Notes: a model not told the origin generated them from the sequence alone. DNA of 64,000 nucleotides from Candidatus Poribacteria bacterium (GCA_965205015.1 OZ242029.1:5408001-5472000); one strand, 5' to 3'. Shown: positions 1 to 10,131, counted from the first letter of the stretch. Numbers and translations are program-made.

Positions 1-507
1 CCGCCTTAGAATGCGAGGCAATCCTTTTTGCGGCAAGTTTTCTACTTCCCAACTCGCCATTTGCCTCCGTAGCGAACTATCAATCGGGTTTTCAACCCCA
101 ATATCTACTTGATGGCAGGCTTGTATGAGTTTATGGTCATCCGTGGCAAGGATGTTAGCATTACGAGTGAGCGTTGTTTGCACCAGAACTGCATCAGTGA
201 TGTCAATTTCTAAAGTGTCAGCACTCTGCATTGCGGCGAGCGTAATAGGTAAGTCTACTTCAACAATTTCTATAGGTCCCGCGGAAAAATGGGAAAGTTG
301 TTGTGAGGCAAGGTTGACATCTACCGCATAAACCTTTGTGAGAATCGCCTTTGCTTCAAGCAGGGTAAGCGTTGTCGTGAACCAACTCGTGTGGTCTCGG
401 ATAAACGACTCGCACGCGGCAGATGCGGGATGGTTGTCAAGCAAGGAGTAGACAATCAGCATCGCGTCTAAGCCACGCGACGCGAATTGATCAGAAGATA
501 AGGTCAT
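1..507 (-). CDS. PIN-domain (VapC-like) toxin, runs off the left edge
   Basis: Not in the ORF track. Manual translation from ATG at 507 gives MTLSSDQFASRGLDAMLIVYSLLDNHPAS...TLLEAKAIL...DITDAVLVQTT...ILATDDHKL, with the PIN acidic residues. It overlaps the stop of the upstream AbrB-like gene. Confidence 0.8.
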   Translation of the reverse strand, partial: MTLSSDQFASRGLDAMLIVYSLLDNHPASAACESFIRDHTSWFTTTLTLLEAKAILTKVYAVDVNLASQQLSHFSAGPIEIVEVDLPITLAAMQSADTLEIDITDAVLVQTTLTRNANILATDDHKLIQACHQVDIGVENPIDSSLRRQMASWEVENLPQKGLPRILRR

Positions 508-727
508 CACCGCTTACCTCGGACAAGTCTAATGCCGAAGGGTTCCCCATTTTGAGTTTCTCGGCATAAATCTCATCCCACGTCTGGGCAGCGTGGGGAC
601 GGATTAGGATACCATCATCTGTCCTTTCAAGCACGACCCCCGATTCCAACCCCAATTCTTTCACCCAGTCAAGGGGCAATTTGATCTTATAATCAGTCTC
701 CAACGCAAGTGTTTTCATGGTATTCAC
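491..727 (-). CDS. AbrB/MazE-like antitoxin
   Basis: 78 aa with KIKLPLDWVKELGLESGVVLERTDDGILIRP (swapped-hairpin pattern), directly upstream of the PIN gene. Confidence 0.75.
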   Translation of the reverse strand: MNTMKTLALETDYKIKLPLDWVKELGLESGVVLERTDDGILIRPHAAQTWDEIYAEKLKMGNPSALDLSEVSGDDLIF

Positions 728-750
728 CTCTTCCTATAAATGTTAAAGAA

Positions 751-779
751 AGTATATCATAACTTGCGTCAGTTATCAA
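751..779 (-). promoter_or_regulatory. sigma70-type promoter of the TA operon with an overlapping inverted repeat
   Basis: Minus strand TTGATA-N17-TATACT. ATAACT-N6-AGTTAT (759-776) overlaps it and is a candidate operator. Confidence 0.6.
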
Positions 780-868
780 CAGTTTTGAGTAGGCTTTTCT
801 AAGCGGATTGACACTCTGTAACATCAAGTTATCTGCTAAGAGGACGGCTTTGTGTTTTACTGCTATGT

Positions 869-1400
869 CTACAACGGGGTTAGCAGTGCGGCAAGGTCTT
901 CTGGCAACTGAATACCGGTTTTCTGCTCAAAATTTGTAATACTTCCATATATTTGACAAAACGATCCGATGATATCTACCCCATTTTCCTGAACACGGGT
1001 TAGATCTGCTCTGGCTTTATCCCATTTTTGAAAGTGGAACCATACTAAGGCGCGACAGCAATAAGCATTGATAAAACTGGGATTCATTTGTATCGCTTCG
1101 TTATAGTTTTCTATAGCAAGGTCAAATTCGCCTTTTTGACAATAAGCACTTCCACGATTGAAATAGGCCTCAGCAAGTTTTGGGGTAAACCTTATTGCTG
1201 TGGTATAGTCTTCTATAGCAAGACCAATCTCGTATTTTTGAAAGTAAGCATTGCCCCGATTGACATAAGCGTCAACATAACAGGGATCAATCTGTAATGC
1301 TGTATTACAGTCATCAATGGCTTTGTCTACCTGACCTTTTTTGAGGTAGGCATTGCTGCGATTACTATATGCTTCGGTGCAATTGGGATCGAGTGTACTG
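869..1400 (-). pseudogene. C-terminal TPR-repeat part of a disrupted FRG-TPR gene
   Basis: The frame extends upstream of ORF 869..1087: LDPNCTEAYSNRSNAYLKKGQVDKAIDDCNTALQIDPCYVDAYVNRGNAY...EAYFNRGSAYCQKGEFDLAIENYNEAIQMNP (TPR repeats). No start codon; the junction with the IS3 fragment is approximate. Confidence 0.8.
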
Positions 1401-2031
1401 CCTCCCTACGACAGATATGTGAGGTGCTGGGTTTCACCCGAAGTAACCTCTATTATCAACCGAAGCAAGACCCGTCTGAAGACATCCTCTGCGATGAAAT
1501 GGAGGCGTTGGACCCTGCGGTATCCGACGTATGGATACAGGCGTATCACACAGCTGCTACAGCGGATGGGATACACCGTTGGGTCTAAGCGTGTTGCGCG
1601 CGTGATGAAAGCAACAAACCTATCAGTCGCAGTCAAGCGTGTCTGTCAGACCTCAACATCGCTTGACGAACCGCTGCCGTGGGTGAATCGCCTTCAGACC
1701 CTTGAGGTTTCACGATGTGATCAGGTCTCTGGGTTGGCGATATGACCTATGTCCATCTGAAAAGCAGGTTCGTGTATGTTGCTCTGCTCATGGATGTCTT
1801 TACGCGCATGATTAGAGGGTGGCATCTGAGTCAGCACTTGACGCAACCGCTGACGCTCAAACCGCTCGAAGAGGCGTTGTACCACGGCGTCCCGGAGATT
1901 CATCATTCCGATCAAGGCGTGCAGTATCTTTCAAAAGCTTATATTACCACGCTACAAGCACATGGCGTTGAGATTTCCGTCGCAGAGCGCGGACGCCCTT
2001 GGAAGAATGGATATGCTGAAAGACTCATCCG
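1401..2031 (+). mobile_element. degenerate internal fragment of an IS3-family transposase (OrfB)
   Basis: Across three frames: SLRQICEVLGFTRSNLYY / YPTYGYRRIT / WVGDMTY...MDVFTRMIRGW...HHSDQGVQY...NGYAERLIR. Two frameshifts; no terminal inverted repeats seen. Confidence 0.85.
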
Positions 2032-2236
2032 CTTGTTTCACATAGCCTACGAACAAGTCATCCAATAAATCGGGATCAGCATCGACTTGCTTTTCCAAAC
2101 GACGGTAAGCACTGCTGGTCACGCGCCACGCCTCGTTTTCTTGACCCCGATAGAGATACGTTATTTCAGGACGTGTTATCTTATCTATTTGGCTAATGTA
2201 GTTTGTTAAATTAGAGATTTCAATGGGTGTATTCAT
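2032..2236 (-). pseudogene. N-terminal FRG-domain part of a disrupted gene
   Basis: MNTPIEISNLTNYISQI...YLYRGQENEAWRVTSSAYRRL is an FRG-domain start. It runs into IS3 sequence after GYVKQ. Confidence 0.75.
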
Positions 2237-2276
2237 GTATTGTCGTTTCTATCCTATATTCCTCTGACTAATCTCA

Positions 2277-2305
2277 ATTATACAACCGAGGGGTGGGTTT
2301 GTCAA
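2277..2305 (-). promoter_or_regulatory. consensus sigma70 promoter
   Basis: TTGACA-N17-TATAAT on the minus strand, about 40 bp upstream of the FRG start. Confidence 0.75.
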
Positions 2306-2612
2306 TCTTAATTTTCAAGATCATTTACCCCCATTTTTAAAAGCGTTGAGAATATAGTTGTTATGGATTGATGTTTATGTTTGGTGGCGAGTTTTTACCA
2401 TTGTCAGAATCGCAGTCTCAGTTTCGGTTACGCGGTATTATGAGTATACCAGCGGACAATCTCATTTTCAGGGAAACTTCGGCTTGGAGTTGCATGTTTA
2501 AGGAGGGAAGTTTGTGTGTTCAGGTGCTGTAATAGCCTTTAATTCCACCAATGTTCTGACGGCTACTACAAAGGGGATTGGGATTGGATATTCCCCTACA
2601 AATATAGTGTGA

Positions 2613-2639
2613 GGCGAGGTTCGTAAACCTCGCCAGCGA
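2613..2639. repeat. palindromic repeat GGCGAGGTT-N4-AACCTCGCC-AGCGA
   Basis: Near-identical copy at 42437-42463. Confidence 0.65.
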
Positions 2640-2708
2640 ACTATAGAGGACTTCTTGTAATCCGGTGTGATGTATGATGAAACCTGTGGTTCACAAAAAT
2701 GCCCGACT

Positions 2709-3545
2709 TTATTTGTACGCAGATTTCAGGGAACCCCATGTTGTGCTCAGTTTGCCAGCCGGATCAACGCTGGTCGTTGAATCGACAAACGGATCTTCAG
2801 GACCGGTGGCGAGATGTGCAATCTCGTCTTCAGTGAGTGCTCTGTGGAACATCAGGAATTCATCCAAAAGCCCGTTGAATGCCCACGTAGGTCCCACGTT
2901 ACCATCAAAAGCAGGTGCCTCTGAACCGATCCCGATGAACCCGAACCGTGCTGCTCCCGCACCGATGACCTCCGTCGGAGAGTCAATTTTTTCATCGAGT
3001 TTGCCATCAACATAGATACGCTTCTCTTCGCCATCAAAGACTGCGACGAGATGATGCCAGTTGTCATCGGCGACATCCGTTTTGCCATACCAATCGTGAA
3101 TTGGACAGCAGTGATCGAAAGCAACGAAAGTCGTGCCGTTGTTGCCACCCACGTCATCACCGACAGCAAAGCGGAAGAATTCGCTCCGATCCCACGACGC
3201 AATCATCCCTCTTACGCCTGTTTTCGACCAGACAGCAAGACTGAGTGCCGGGAACGGTTCTGCGTAGTTATGATTCCGCACCGAGATATATTGGGCGGAG
3301 TCTCCTGGAAGCTCTATAGCACCTCCCACTTTGCCTGCCACGATCTGTAAATCGTCGCCGTGGAGGAAACCATCATTCCCGTTGCCAGACCCATCGAGGA
3401 CATCATCCCCCTGCTGGGTATCCTCGTTGAAACTGTAGTAGATAACAAGGTCTGCGTCACTAACGCTCTGCGCGTGGCTTGTTAGGACCGCTCCTGTCAG
3501 CATTAGACCCAACATCAAAAATCTGAAGATAAAAGAAGTTTTCAT
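2709..3545 (-). CDS. secreted LamG-like jellyroll domain protein
   Basis: Signal peptide (MKTSFIF...SHA), YYSFNE, WHHLVAVFDG, YVDGKLD, GLLDEF, and C-terminal SVDPAGKLSTTWGSLK. Confidence 0.85.
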   Translation of the reverse strand: MKTSFIFRFLMLGLMLTGAVLTSHAQSVSDADLVIYYSFNEDTQQGDDVLDGSGNGNDGFLHGDDLQIVAGKVGGAIELPGDSAQYISVRNHNYAEPFPALSLAVWSKTGVRGMIASWDRSEFFRFAVGDDVGGNNGTTFVAFDHCCPIHDWYGKTDVADDNWHHLVAVFDGEEKRIYVDGKLDEKIDSPTEVIGAGAARFGFIGIGSEAPAFDGNVGPTWAFNGLLDEFLMFHRALTEDEIAHLATGPEDPFVDSTTSVDPAGKLSTTWGSLKSAYK

Positions 3546-3737
3546 TGGTGTTCTCCTTGCTATGCAAGCATGTATTTTCAAAGACGCTACTGTGCCAAAA
3601 CCTCAAGTCCTGCGCCCTACACACGACTATAAAATGAGGTTTCCTAACAGTACTGCTTACCATCTTCACACGGAGGGTGCGGTTACGAACTGTCCCCGCA
3701 CAGGAAACAAATGTGTGTAGGTCTTGAAGTTTATGAG

Positions 3738-3766
3738 ATTATATAAGTTATAGGTGAATTTGTCAA
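3738..3766 (-). promoter_or_regulatory. consensus sigma70 promoter
   Basis: TTGACA-N17-TATAAT on the minus strand upstream of the LamG gene. Confidence 0.7.
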
Positions 3767-3875
3767 TACCATTTTTAACTTCTACAATTCAGATGCCTTC
3801 GAATGCATGATAACATGTATCAGGAAATGAACGGGGGTCCGCTACCAGACTGGAGAGGCGTTTTGGCTTGACAGG

Positions 3876-4649
3876 CTAAATGGAGAGCGCGCACAGGTCT
3901 TCGGTGTGCCAACTGACAGTGCGATCATCAATCTTCTCTGCACCCCGTTTCAGGTACCCATCAATTGGTTTGCCTTCGAGCACTCGGACTTCAAACGTAT
4001 AAGGCGGATCAATTTTCAGTGGGGCGATCTCAGTGATGTTTCGGCAAGCCGTCGCGGCAGTCTCTCGAATCAGTTCTCTTGATCGTTGCGGTGATAGATG
4101 CAACGCAAGTTCCTGTCCGAGTCCTTGTTTGGTTTCAACGCCGTAAATGTCGGGTATAAGTTGTTTCGCCTCTGCAACCGCTTTATCGTCGCCGGAGATG
4201 AAAACCGTTGGGACATTGAAACTGCCTGCAAGTGCTGCACGACATCCGAATTCTCCGATCATTTCTCCGTTGAGTTTGTAGTATTCAATTGACAAAGAAG
4301 AATACGTATGACTCAATGGCGCGTTTGGCGTGCCTGCCATAGCGTGTTGCCCTAAGAAAAAGAGGGCGTCGTAGGTTACGTCGAGGAAGTAGGGCGGACG
4401 AATAGGACCCCGCGCAATTAACTTCGCCTTCGGATGGAATTCGAGCACATCAATACCGCCAGTCCCGTGCCCGTCCCAGACCACGATTTCTGCGTCTGCA
4501 TCCACATCAAGGATGCCATCAACGGCAGCATTTAACTCCTGCGTCAACAATTTCATGGCTGTCTGTTTCTGGGGACCTTCTTCACGGGTTTGACTGAAGC
4601 GGGATACCATCGCAACCCCTTCTAAGTCGGTTAAGATATAAATCTTCAT
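3876..4649 (-). CDS. M55 family D-aminopeptidase (DppA-like)
   Basis: MKIYILTDLEG, DGHG, GQHAMAG, LSHTYS, ISGDD motifs. Confidence 0.9.
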   Translation of the reverse strand: MKIYILTDLEGVAMVSRFSQTREEGPQKQTAMKLLTQELNAAVDGILDVDADAEIVVWDGHGTGGIDVLEFHPKAKLIARGPIRPPYFLDVTYDALFFLGQHAMAGTPNAPLSHTYSSLSIEYYKLNGEMIGEFGCRAALAGSFNVPTVFISGDDKAVAEAKQLIPDIYGVETKQGLGQELALHLSPQRSRELIRETAATACRNITEIAPLKIDPPYTFEVRVLEGKPIDGYLKRGAEKIDDRTVSWHTEDLCALSI

Positions 4650-4678
4650 GGTCGGGATCCTGTAAATAGCCCCCTACG

Positions 4679-4790
4679 GGGTAGGCACAAGACCTACCCC
4701 TACGGTAGGGTAGGCACAAGACCTATTGCTACGGTAGGGTAGGCACAAGACCTATTGCTACGGTAGGGTAGGCACAAGACCTACCCCTAC
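4679..4790. repeat. tandem array of four 29-bp REP-like palindromic units
   Basis: GGGTAGGCACAAGACCTA(CCCC/TTGC)TACGGTA x4. Related units at 36243, 38041, 49715 and 54446. Confidence 0.9.
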
Positions 4791-4818
4791 ACTTTATTGA
4801 AACGCCCAAAATTTGTGA

Positions 4819-4832
4819 GTAGCAACTTGGGT
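4819..4832. repeat. solo IS982-like terminal inverted repeat
   Basis: GTAGCAACTTGGGT is identical to the right end of the IS982 copy (19913-19926). Confidence 0.55.
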
Positions 4833-4842
4833 TATAGGACTC

Positions 4843-5889
4843 CTATGACACAGTCCACGTTTCGCCGTCGTTAAGGAGTGCTTCGAGGTTGCCTTCGCCC
4901 ATCCGTTCTTTTGCGGTGCGGATCTGGTTCGTCATCAGGTCCTCGTAACACGGGTGCCTGATACTGCGGAAAATGCCGATGGGATCCGGCAGGTCAAGCG
5001 TATCACTCATCCGTGCGAGGAAATTCGCCAAAGTGGTGTCCTCCGCATACTGGTCGTGGACGATGAGGTCATCCGTGGAGTATTCGCCGTTTGTGGTTTT
5101 CACGACTTCGGGTTGGAAACCGTTCAGTCGGATACCCTTATCGCGTTCGGCGCCGAAGACGAGAGGTTCATTGTGTTCCAGAACCACCGTGTTGTCAGCC
5201 TTTGTATCTTTTTCCGTGTATTGGAAGAAGGCACCGTCGTTAAACACGTTGCAGTTTTGGTAGATTTCGATAAACGAAGTGCCTTTGTGTTCAAACGCGG
5301 ATTTGATAATGGCTCGGAGGTGATTTGGATCTCTATCCAGCGAGCGCGCCACGAATGTAGCACCGGAAGCCAATGCGAGACTAATCGGATTAAAGGGAGT
5401 ATCTACCGAACCGAGAGGCGTGGATTTCGTCTGTTTCCCTTGCTCGGATGTCGGGGAGTATTGCCCCTTCGTCAATCCGTAGATACGATTGTTAAAGAGC
5501 AAAACGTTAACGTCGAAATTGCGGCGCATCAGGTGGATGAAATGGTTGCCACCGATTGAGAGTGCATCACCATCGCCTGTGATGACCCATACAGAGAGGT
5601 CGGGATTCGCCATTTTTACACCGGAGGCGATCGTTGGGGCTCTACCGTGGATGGTATGGAAGCCGTAGGTGTCCATGTAGTACGGAAATCGACTCGAACA
5701 CCCGATGCCGGAGATAAAGACAATGTTCTCTTTGGGGATGCCGAGTTCCGGCATAATACGTTGGGTCTGCGCGAGGATGGAGTAATCACCACAACCTGGG
5801 CACCATCGGACATCTTGGTCGGATTCAAAATCCTTTTTAGAGAGGGTGGGTGCCCCAGCGGGGATGCGTGAGGATCTTTTTCTTCTCAT
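4843..5889 (-). CDS. korB: 2-oxoacid:ferredoxin oxidoreductase beta subunit
   Basis: RWCPGCGD, SGIGCSSR, HGRA and the TPP-binding GDGD...NN motif. Start placed at MRRKRSS. Confidence 0.93.
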   Translation of the reverse strand: MRRKRSSRIPAGAPTLSKKDFESDQDVRWCPGCGDYSILAQTQRIMPELGIPKENIVFISGIGCSSRFPYYMDTYGFHTIHGRAPTIASGVKMANPDLSVWVITGDGDALSIGGNHFIHLMRRNFDVNVLLFNNRIYGLTKGQYSPTSEQGKQTKSTPLGSVDTPFNPISLALASGATFVARSLDRDPNHLRAIIKSAFEHKGTSFIEIYQNCNVFNDGAFFQYTEKDTKADNTVVLEHNEPLVFGAERDKGIRLNGFQPEVVKTTNGEYSTDDLIVHDQYAEDTTLANFLARMSDTLDLPDPIGIFRSIRHPCYEDLMTNQIRTAKERMGEGNLEALLNDGETWTVS

Positions 5890-5975
5890 GGTTTGTTTAC
5901 CGTCTTTTTTCGTAAACCCTATAGGCAGGATTTCCAACCCAACCAGTAGGGGGCGGGTATTGCGGGCGTTAGGAC

Positions 5976-7832
5976 CTAAGCGCGCCCTATTTCTTCAAGT
6001 ATTTCGTCTATTTTCGATGCCAACTCAAAAACATGGAAGGGTTGCCCTTGCACCTTGTTAAAACCGATTGCATCAATAAGATAGGTGCTACGAATGAGCT
6101 GAAGGAGTTGACCACTGTTTTGTTCAGGGATTAAAATCTTTTTGAATCTCTGTAGAATGTCGCCTAAATCTTTAGGAAACGGATTGAGATGTCGGAGATG
6201 AACGTGTGCGATTGGAAGTCCGTCGGCGAAACAGTTTTCTGCTGTCGTTCGGATTGCGCCATAGGTGCCGCCCCATCCAAGGAGCAGGATGTCACCTTCT
6301 GAGGCACCGAAAACCTCTGTCGGGGGTAACGCATCGGCGATGCGTGCGACCTTTTCTGCGCGAATTTCCACCATTCTTTGGTGGTTTTCGGCATCGTAAC
6401 TGACGTGTCCCGTCACATCCGATTTCTCTAAGCCCCCGATGCGGTGTTCTAAACCAGCCGTCCCGGGTTTCGCCCAGGGGCGCGCAAGCGTTTCTGGATC
6501 GCGTAGATACGGTTCAAACCCGTTACGGGTATCTGCGCTCACTGCGAAATCGGGCCTAATGTCCGGGAGTTCAGAGAGTTGCGGAATCTTCCACGGTTCA
6601 GCCCCCATGGCGATGTAGAGATCGGAGAGGAAAATCACCGGTGTCCTGTATTTCACGGCGATACGACAGGCTTCGTAGACCGTCTCAAAGCAGTCGAACG
6701 GACGTGACGGCGCAATAATAGGCAACGGGGATTCGCCGTTCCGACCGTAGAACATCTGCAAGAGATCCGACTGTTCCGTCTTTGTCGGCATCCCTGTTGA
6801 GGGACCCGCACGCTGGATGTTACATATTACGAGTGGAAGTTCGGCAATCATGGCGAGGTTAATCGCTTCCGACTTGAGCGCAAGCCCTGGACCGCTACTT
6901 CCGGTGACACCGAGCGCGCCACTAAATGCGGCACCGATTGCGACCCCGACAGCGGCAATCTCATCTTCCATCTGCATTGTAACGACCCCAAAATTCCGGT
7001 ATTGTGCAAGTCCGTGAAGAATATCACTTGCGGGTGTTATTGGGTAGCTGCCGTAAACGAGGGGTAGACCGGATTGATACGAAGCTGCGACAAGTCCCAG
7101 CACGGTTGCCATGTTCCCTTCGATATTTCGATAAGTCCCGGGTTCAAAGTCGGCAGGTTTCACATCGTAGGAGACAGCAAACTGCTCGGTCGCTTCGCAA
7201 TAGGTATTGCCGGCACGGAGCGCGAGAATATTGGATTCTACATACTGAGGCCTTTTCGCGAACTTCGTCTTGATCCACTTCATCGTGTATTCCATCGGAC
7301 GATTGTAGAGCCAGAGGATCATACCGAGTGCGAAAAAGTTTTTACATCTATCGATTTCCGGCGTGCTTAATTGTGTCGCTTCGAGTGCTTTTCGAGTGAG
7401 TTGTGTTAATTCGACACGGAAAACTTGGTATTTCGTGAGTTTATCGTCTTCGAGCGGATCCGCTTCATATCCTGCGAGGCGTAAATTACGGCGTGCGAAG
7501 TTGTCGGTATTTACAATCAGGATGCCGTTGGGTTTGAGTTTATTGAGGTGTACCTTTAAAGCGGCAGGGTTCATCGCGACGAGGACATCGCAAAGGTCTC
7601 CGGGGGTATGAATTTGTTCGCTTGAGAAGTGGAGTTGGAACCCTGACACCCCTGCTATCGATCCGGCGGGTGCTCGGATTTCAGCGGGATAATCGGGGAG
7701 CGTGGCGACATCGTTCCCAATGAGGGCAGTGGTTTCAGTCATTTGTGTGCCAATGGTCTGCGACCCATCACCGGAGTCGCCAGCAAATAGGATTGTCGCT
7801 TCCTCGATTTGCTCAACTGGTTTGCGCATCAC
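5976..7832 (-). CDS. korA: 2-oxoacid:acceptor oxidoreductase alpha subunit (with fused gamma domain)
   Basis: FAGDSGDG, YPITPASDIL, EDEIAA, QRAGPSTGMPTKTEQSDL. Confidence 0.93.
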   Translation of the reverse strand: MMRKPVEQIEEATILFAGDSGDGSQTIGTQMTETTALIGNDVATLPDYPAEIRAPAGSIAGVSGFQLHFSSEQIHTPGDLCDVLVAMNPAALKVHLNKLKPNGILIVNTDNFARRNLRLAGYEADPLEDDKLTKYQVFRVELTQLTRKALEATQLSTPEIDRCKNFFALGMILWLYNRPMEYTMKWIKTKFAKRPQYVESNILALRAGNTYCEATEQFAVSYDVKPADFEPGTYRNIEGNMATVLGLVAASYQSGLPLVYGSYPITPASDILHGLAQYRNFGVVTMQMEDEIAAVGVAIGAAFSGALGVTGSSGPGLALKSEAINLAMIAELPLVICNIQRAGPSTGMPTKTEQSDLLQMFYGRNGESPLPIIAPSRPFDCFETVYEACRIAVKYRTPVIFLSDLYIAMGAEPWKIPQLSELPDIRPDFAVSADTRNGFEPYLRDPETLARPWAKPGTAGLEHRIGGLEKSDVTGHVSYDAENHQRMVEIRAEKVARIADALPPTEVFGASEGDILLLGWGGTYGAIRTTAENCFADGLPIAHVHLRHLNPFPKDLGDILQRFKKILIPEQNSGQLLQLIRSTYLIDAIGFNKVQGQPFHVFELASKIDEILEEIGRA

Positions 7833-7902
7833 AATTGTCCTTTGTTATGATAAGTGCATGTTTGGCAACTGCACCCAAGAAATATGAAAAATTTTGAGGT
7901 AT

Positions 7903-8436
7903 TTAGGCACCCTCTCGGGCTTTAAAAGCATCTCGAACCGGTTTCGGGGGTAGCGTTAAGACTTCCTGGAGAAACTCCTCGACGAGATAGGACATTAAGT
8001 CACGAATGGATACCATCCCGATCGGACGATTTTCCGTATCAACAATAGGGACGTGTCGGTAGCCGCCCCGTGCCATGTAGAGGAGGGCAGTGTTCAGCGT
8101 ATCTTCCGGCTGTGCTGTCTGCGGATCTGCGATCATGAATTCCGTAACGTTAATGTCGTCCAAGTCTCCAACGTGTTTATTGAGAATTTTGTTGAGTACG
8201 TCTCGTTCACTAAATATTCCGCGGAGATAATTGTTCTCAACAACAGGTGCTGCGCCGATTTCGTTCGCGAGGAGTAGATCAATCGCCTCATTTGTGCTGG
8301 AGCCGATGTCAATCCGAATGATGGGACGCATCAGATCCTTTAGCGAAACCTGAATCTCTGGCACTCTCCATGCTTTCAGTGCAGCGTCTTCGTCCATCTG
8401 CTCTAATTCTTCATCAATTGCTAGGTCATATAGCAT
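7903..8436 (-). CDS. CBS-domain protein
   Basis: CBS pair (LRGIFSERDVL, GYRHVPIVD, GMVSIRDL). Likely start MLYDLAID after GGAGG. Confidence 0.85.
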   Translation of the reverse strand: MLYDLAIDEELEQMDEDAALKAWRVPEIQVSLKDLMRPIIRIDIGSSTNEAIDLLLANEIGAAPVVENNYLRGIFSERDVLNKILNKHVGDLDDINVTEFMIADPQTAQPEDTLNTALLYMARGGYRHVPIVDTENRPIGMVSIRDLMSYLVEEFLQEVLTLPPKPVRDAFKAREGA

Positions 8437-8447
8437 GGTTAGGCCTC

Positions 8448-8876
8448 CTACTCCTGATTTTCTATAAAGATAGCGATATGTTCTAAGATATCGCGGGTTG
8501 AAATTATGCCGATGGGGTATGCCTCTCCCTTGTCGTCCCAAACACAAAGCGGGAGATGCCGGAAGTGCCCGAGATGCATCAAGTTGAGTGCGAAGGCAAT
8601 TGGGTCACTGGCGCGTAATGTCTCTGGGTCCGCTGTCATCACCTGTTCGACCTTAAATTCCGCGGGAGCAGCGCGCTGCCCACTCACGTGCCGGAGCAGA
8701 TCCCGTTCCGTGATGATCCCGATTAATTGTTCATCTTCATCAACGACGAGAACACACCCGGTTCCTCTCTCTTGCATCATATCAATGACGACAGAAACAG
8801 GGGATCCGACTTGCACGGTGGTGGGTTGCTTGTAATTGAGTGTGCTGATCGGTAAAGACAGCGTTCTTGTGTCCAT
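8448..8876 (-). CDS. CBS-domain protein
   Basis: LIGIITERDLL, FRHLP, GIISTRDI. Confidence 0.85.
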   Translation of the reverse strand: MDTRTLSLPISTLNYKQPTTVQVGSPVSVVIDMMQERGTGCVLVVDEDEQLIGIITERDLLRHVSGQRAAPAEFKVEQVMTADPETLRASDPIAFALNLMHLGHFRHLPLCVWDDKGEAYPIGIISTRDILEHIAIFIENQE

Positions 8877-9092
8877 CGTAACTATTCCTTTAGTATAACG
8901 TCAGAAAACAGTTTTGGGTTTCCTATTGTCTTCCTTAATATAAGGATACCATATTTTTCGCCGATTTGCAAAAAAATCTTCGGCGAAGAACTTCGGTGGC
9001 ATTCTATCCTCGCGGGTTGTTTGGCAGTAGGCACTTGGCTATCAACGGTCAACGTTTAGGCGTCCGAATCCCGCTATCTCTCCCACAGATAT

Positions 9093-10034
9093 TTATACTG
9101 CCAATGTGATCGCGCGAGAGGACCGTGAACCCCATCCGGGGACGACAATCGTCCATCTCCCTGCGGGTCCCCCTGCTACCATCAGTATCAGATCCTCTGC
9201 TGCGTATTGCTTTGTGGTGTCAGCGATGTACTGCCGGATGTCGGCTCTGTTGAACCCGTCCTCTGAGATGGTCTTTGCGTGTTCAACGCCAATGACGAGG
9301 ATGGTTTCACCGACACTGTTACCGGGGGCAGCGATGTTATCCGCGATTGTGTTGAGGATGCCTTCTGCGGTGTTATTACCGTGGTCGTTGACGGTTTGGG
9401 GACCGGCACCCGCAAAGATGGTAACAGTGCTATCGTCCGCTTGGAAACCGCGTTCGACATGCAACGGATCCCAGGGGCTTTCTTCCTCTTTTTCGGCGAT
9501 GCAACAGGTATATTTTCCAGCGTGTCCGAATGCCGATCTATCCAGCTCACCGGGCAATCCGCCGCCGATATTGGTGCAGATGAGTCGTAGCGTGCGACCG
9601 ATGGTTGCGTTCGCTCGCCATCCTTGCCCAAAGAGGTTGAATCCGTCGTTAATGTCTAACTGCTTTCGGATAGGTCCGTTCACAACCAGCACCGGTGAAA
9701 CGTGGGATGTTGTAACTTGAACGCCGTGGAGATTAAATTGCTCAGATGTCATCGCCTCCACTGCGGTGAGAAGCAGCGGTAAATATTCGGGTTTGCATCC
9801 AGCCATGACGGCATTAATCGCGACCTTTTCGACGGTGGCTCTGCCCCATTTTGGCGGGACCGCTGCGATGAGTTCATCCGGATCGCGGTCTGTTCCGCTG
9901 AGCATGCGTTCGACGCGTTCAGGGGTCGGTGGAACGACGGGAAGCCCATCCGTCCATCCGTTCTGATAGCAGATCTCAATGAGGTCCTCGGTTTCGTCAA
10001 TTTCTAACGCTGTAGACTGCCATTCTTGTGCCAT
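9093..10034 (-). CDS. conserved hypothetical protein (TDGLPVVPPT family)
   Basis: GWTDGLPVVPPT, ATVEKVAINAVMAGC, RANATIGR motifs. Start placed at MAQEW. Confidence 0.7.
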   Translation of the reverse strand: MAQEWQSTALEIDETEDLIEICYQNGWTDGLPVVPPTPERVERMLSGTDRDPDELIAAVPPKWGRATVEKVAINAVMAGCKPEYLPLLLTAVEAMTSEQFNLHGVQVTTSHVSPVLVVNGPIRKQLDINDGFNLFGQGWRANATIGRTLRLICTNIGGGLPGELDRSAFGHAGKYTCCIAEKEEESPWDPLHVERGFQADDSTVTIFAGAGPQTVNDHGNNTAEGILNTIADNIAAPGNSVGETILVIGVEHAKTISEDGFNRADIRQYIADTTKQYAAEDLILMVAGGPAGRWTIVVPGWGSRSSRAITLAV

Positions 10035-10131
10035 GTGTGTTTCCTTTCTGAACCTTATTTGAATACGTGTGTTGAGATATGCTATCATATTAGCATAGAT
10101 TTTATAGGTTTGCAAGGTGCTCTTTATCCTT

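Noticed and set aside
4679-4790. Tandem 29-bp repeats as a CRISPR array (also 36243-36315 and 38041-38158)
   Set aside because: The units are head-to-tail with no unique spacers and belong to dispersed palindromic families.
9093-10034. Hidden selenoprotein partner next to the TDGLPVVPPT-family gene
   Set aside because: No plausible TGA-containing small ORF was seen in the flanking intergenic sequence.
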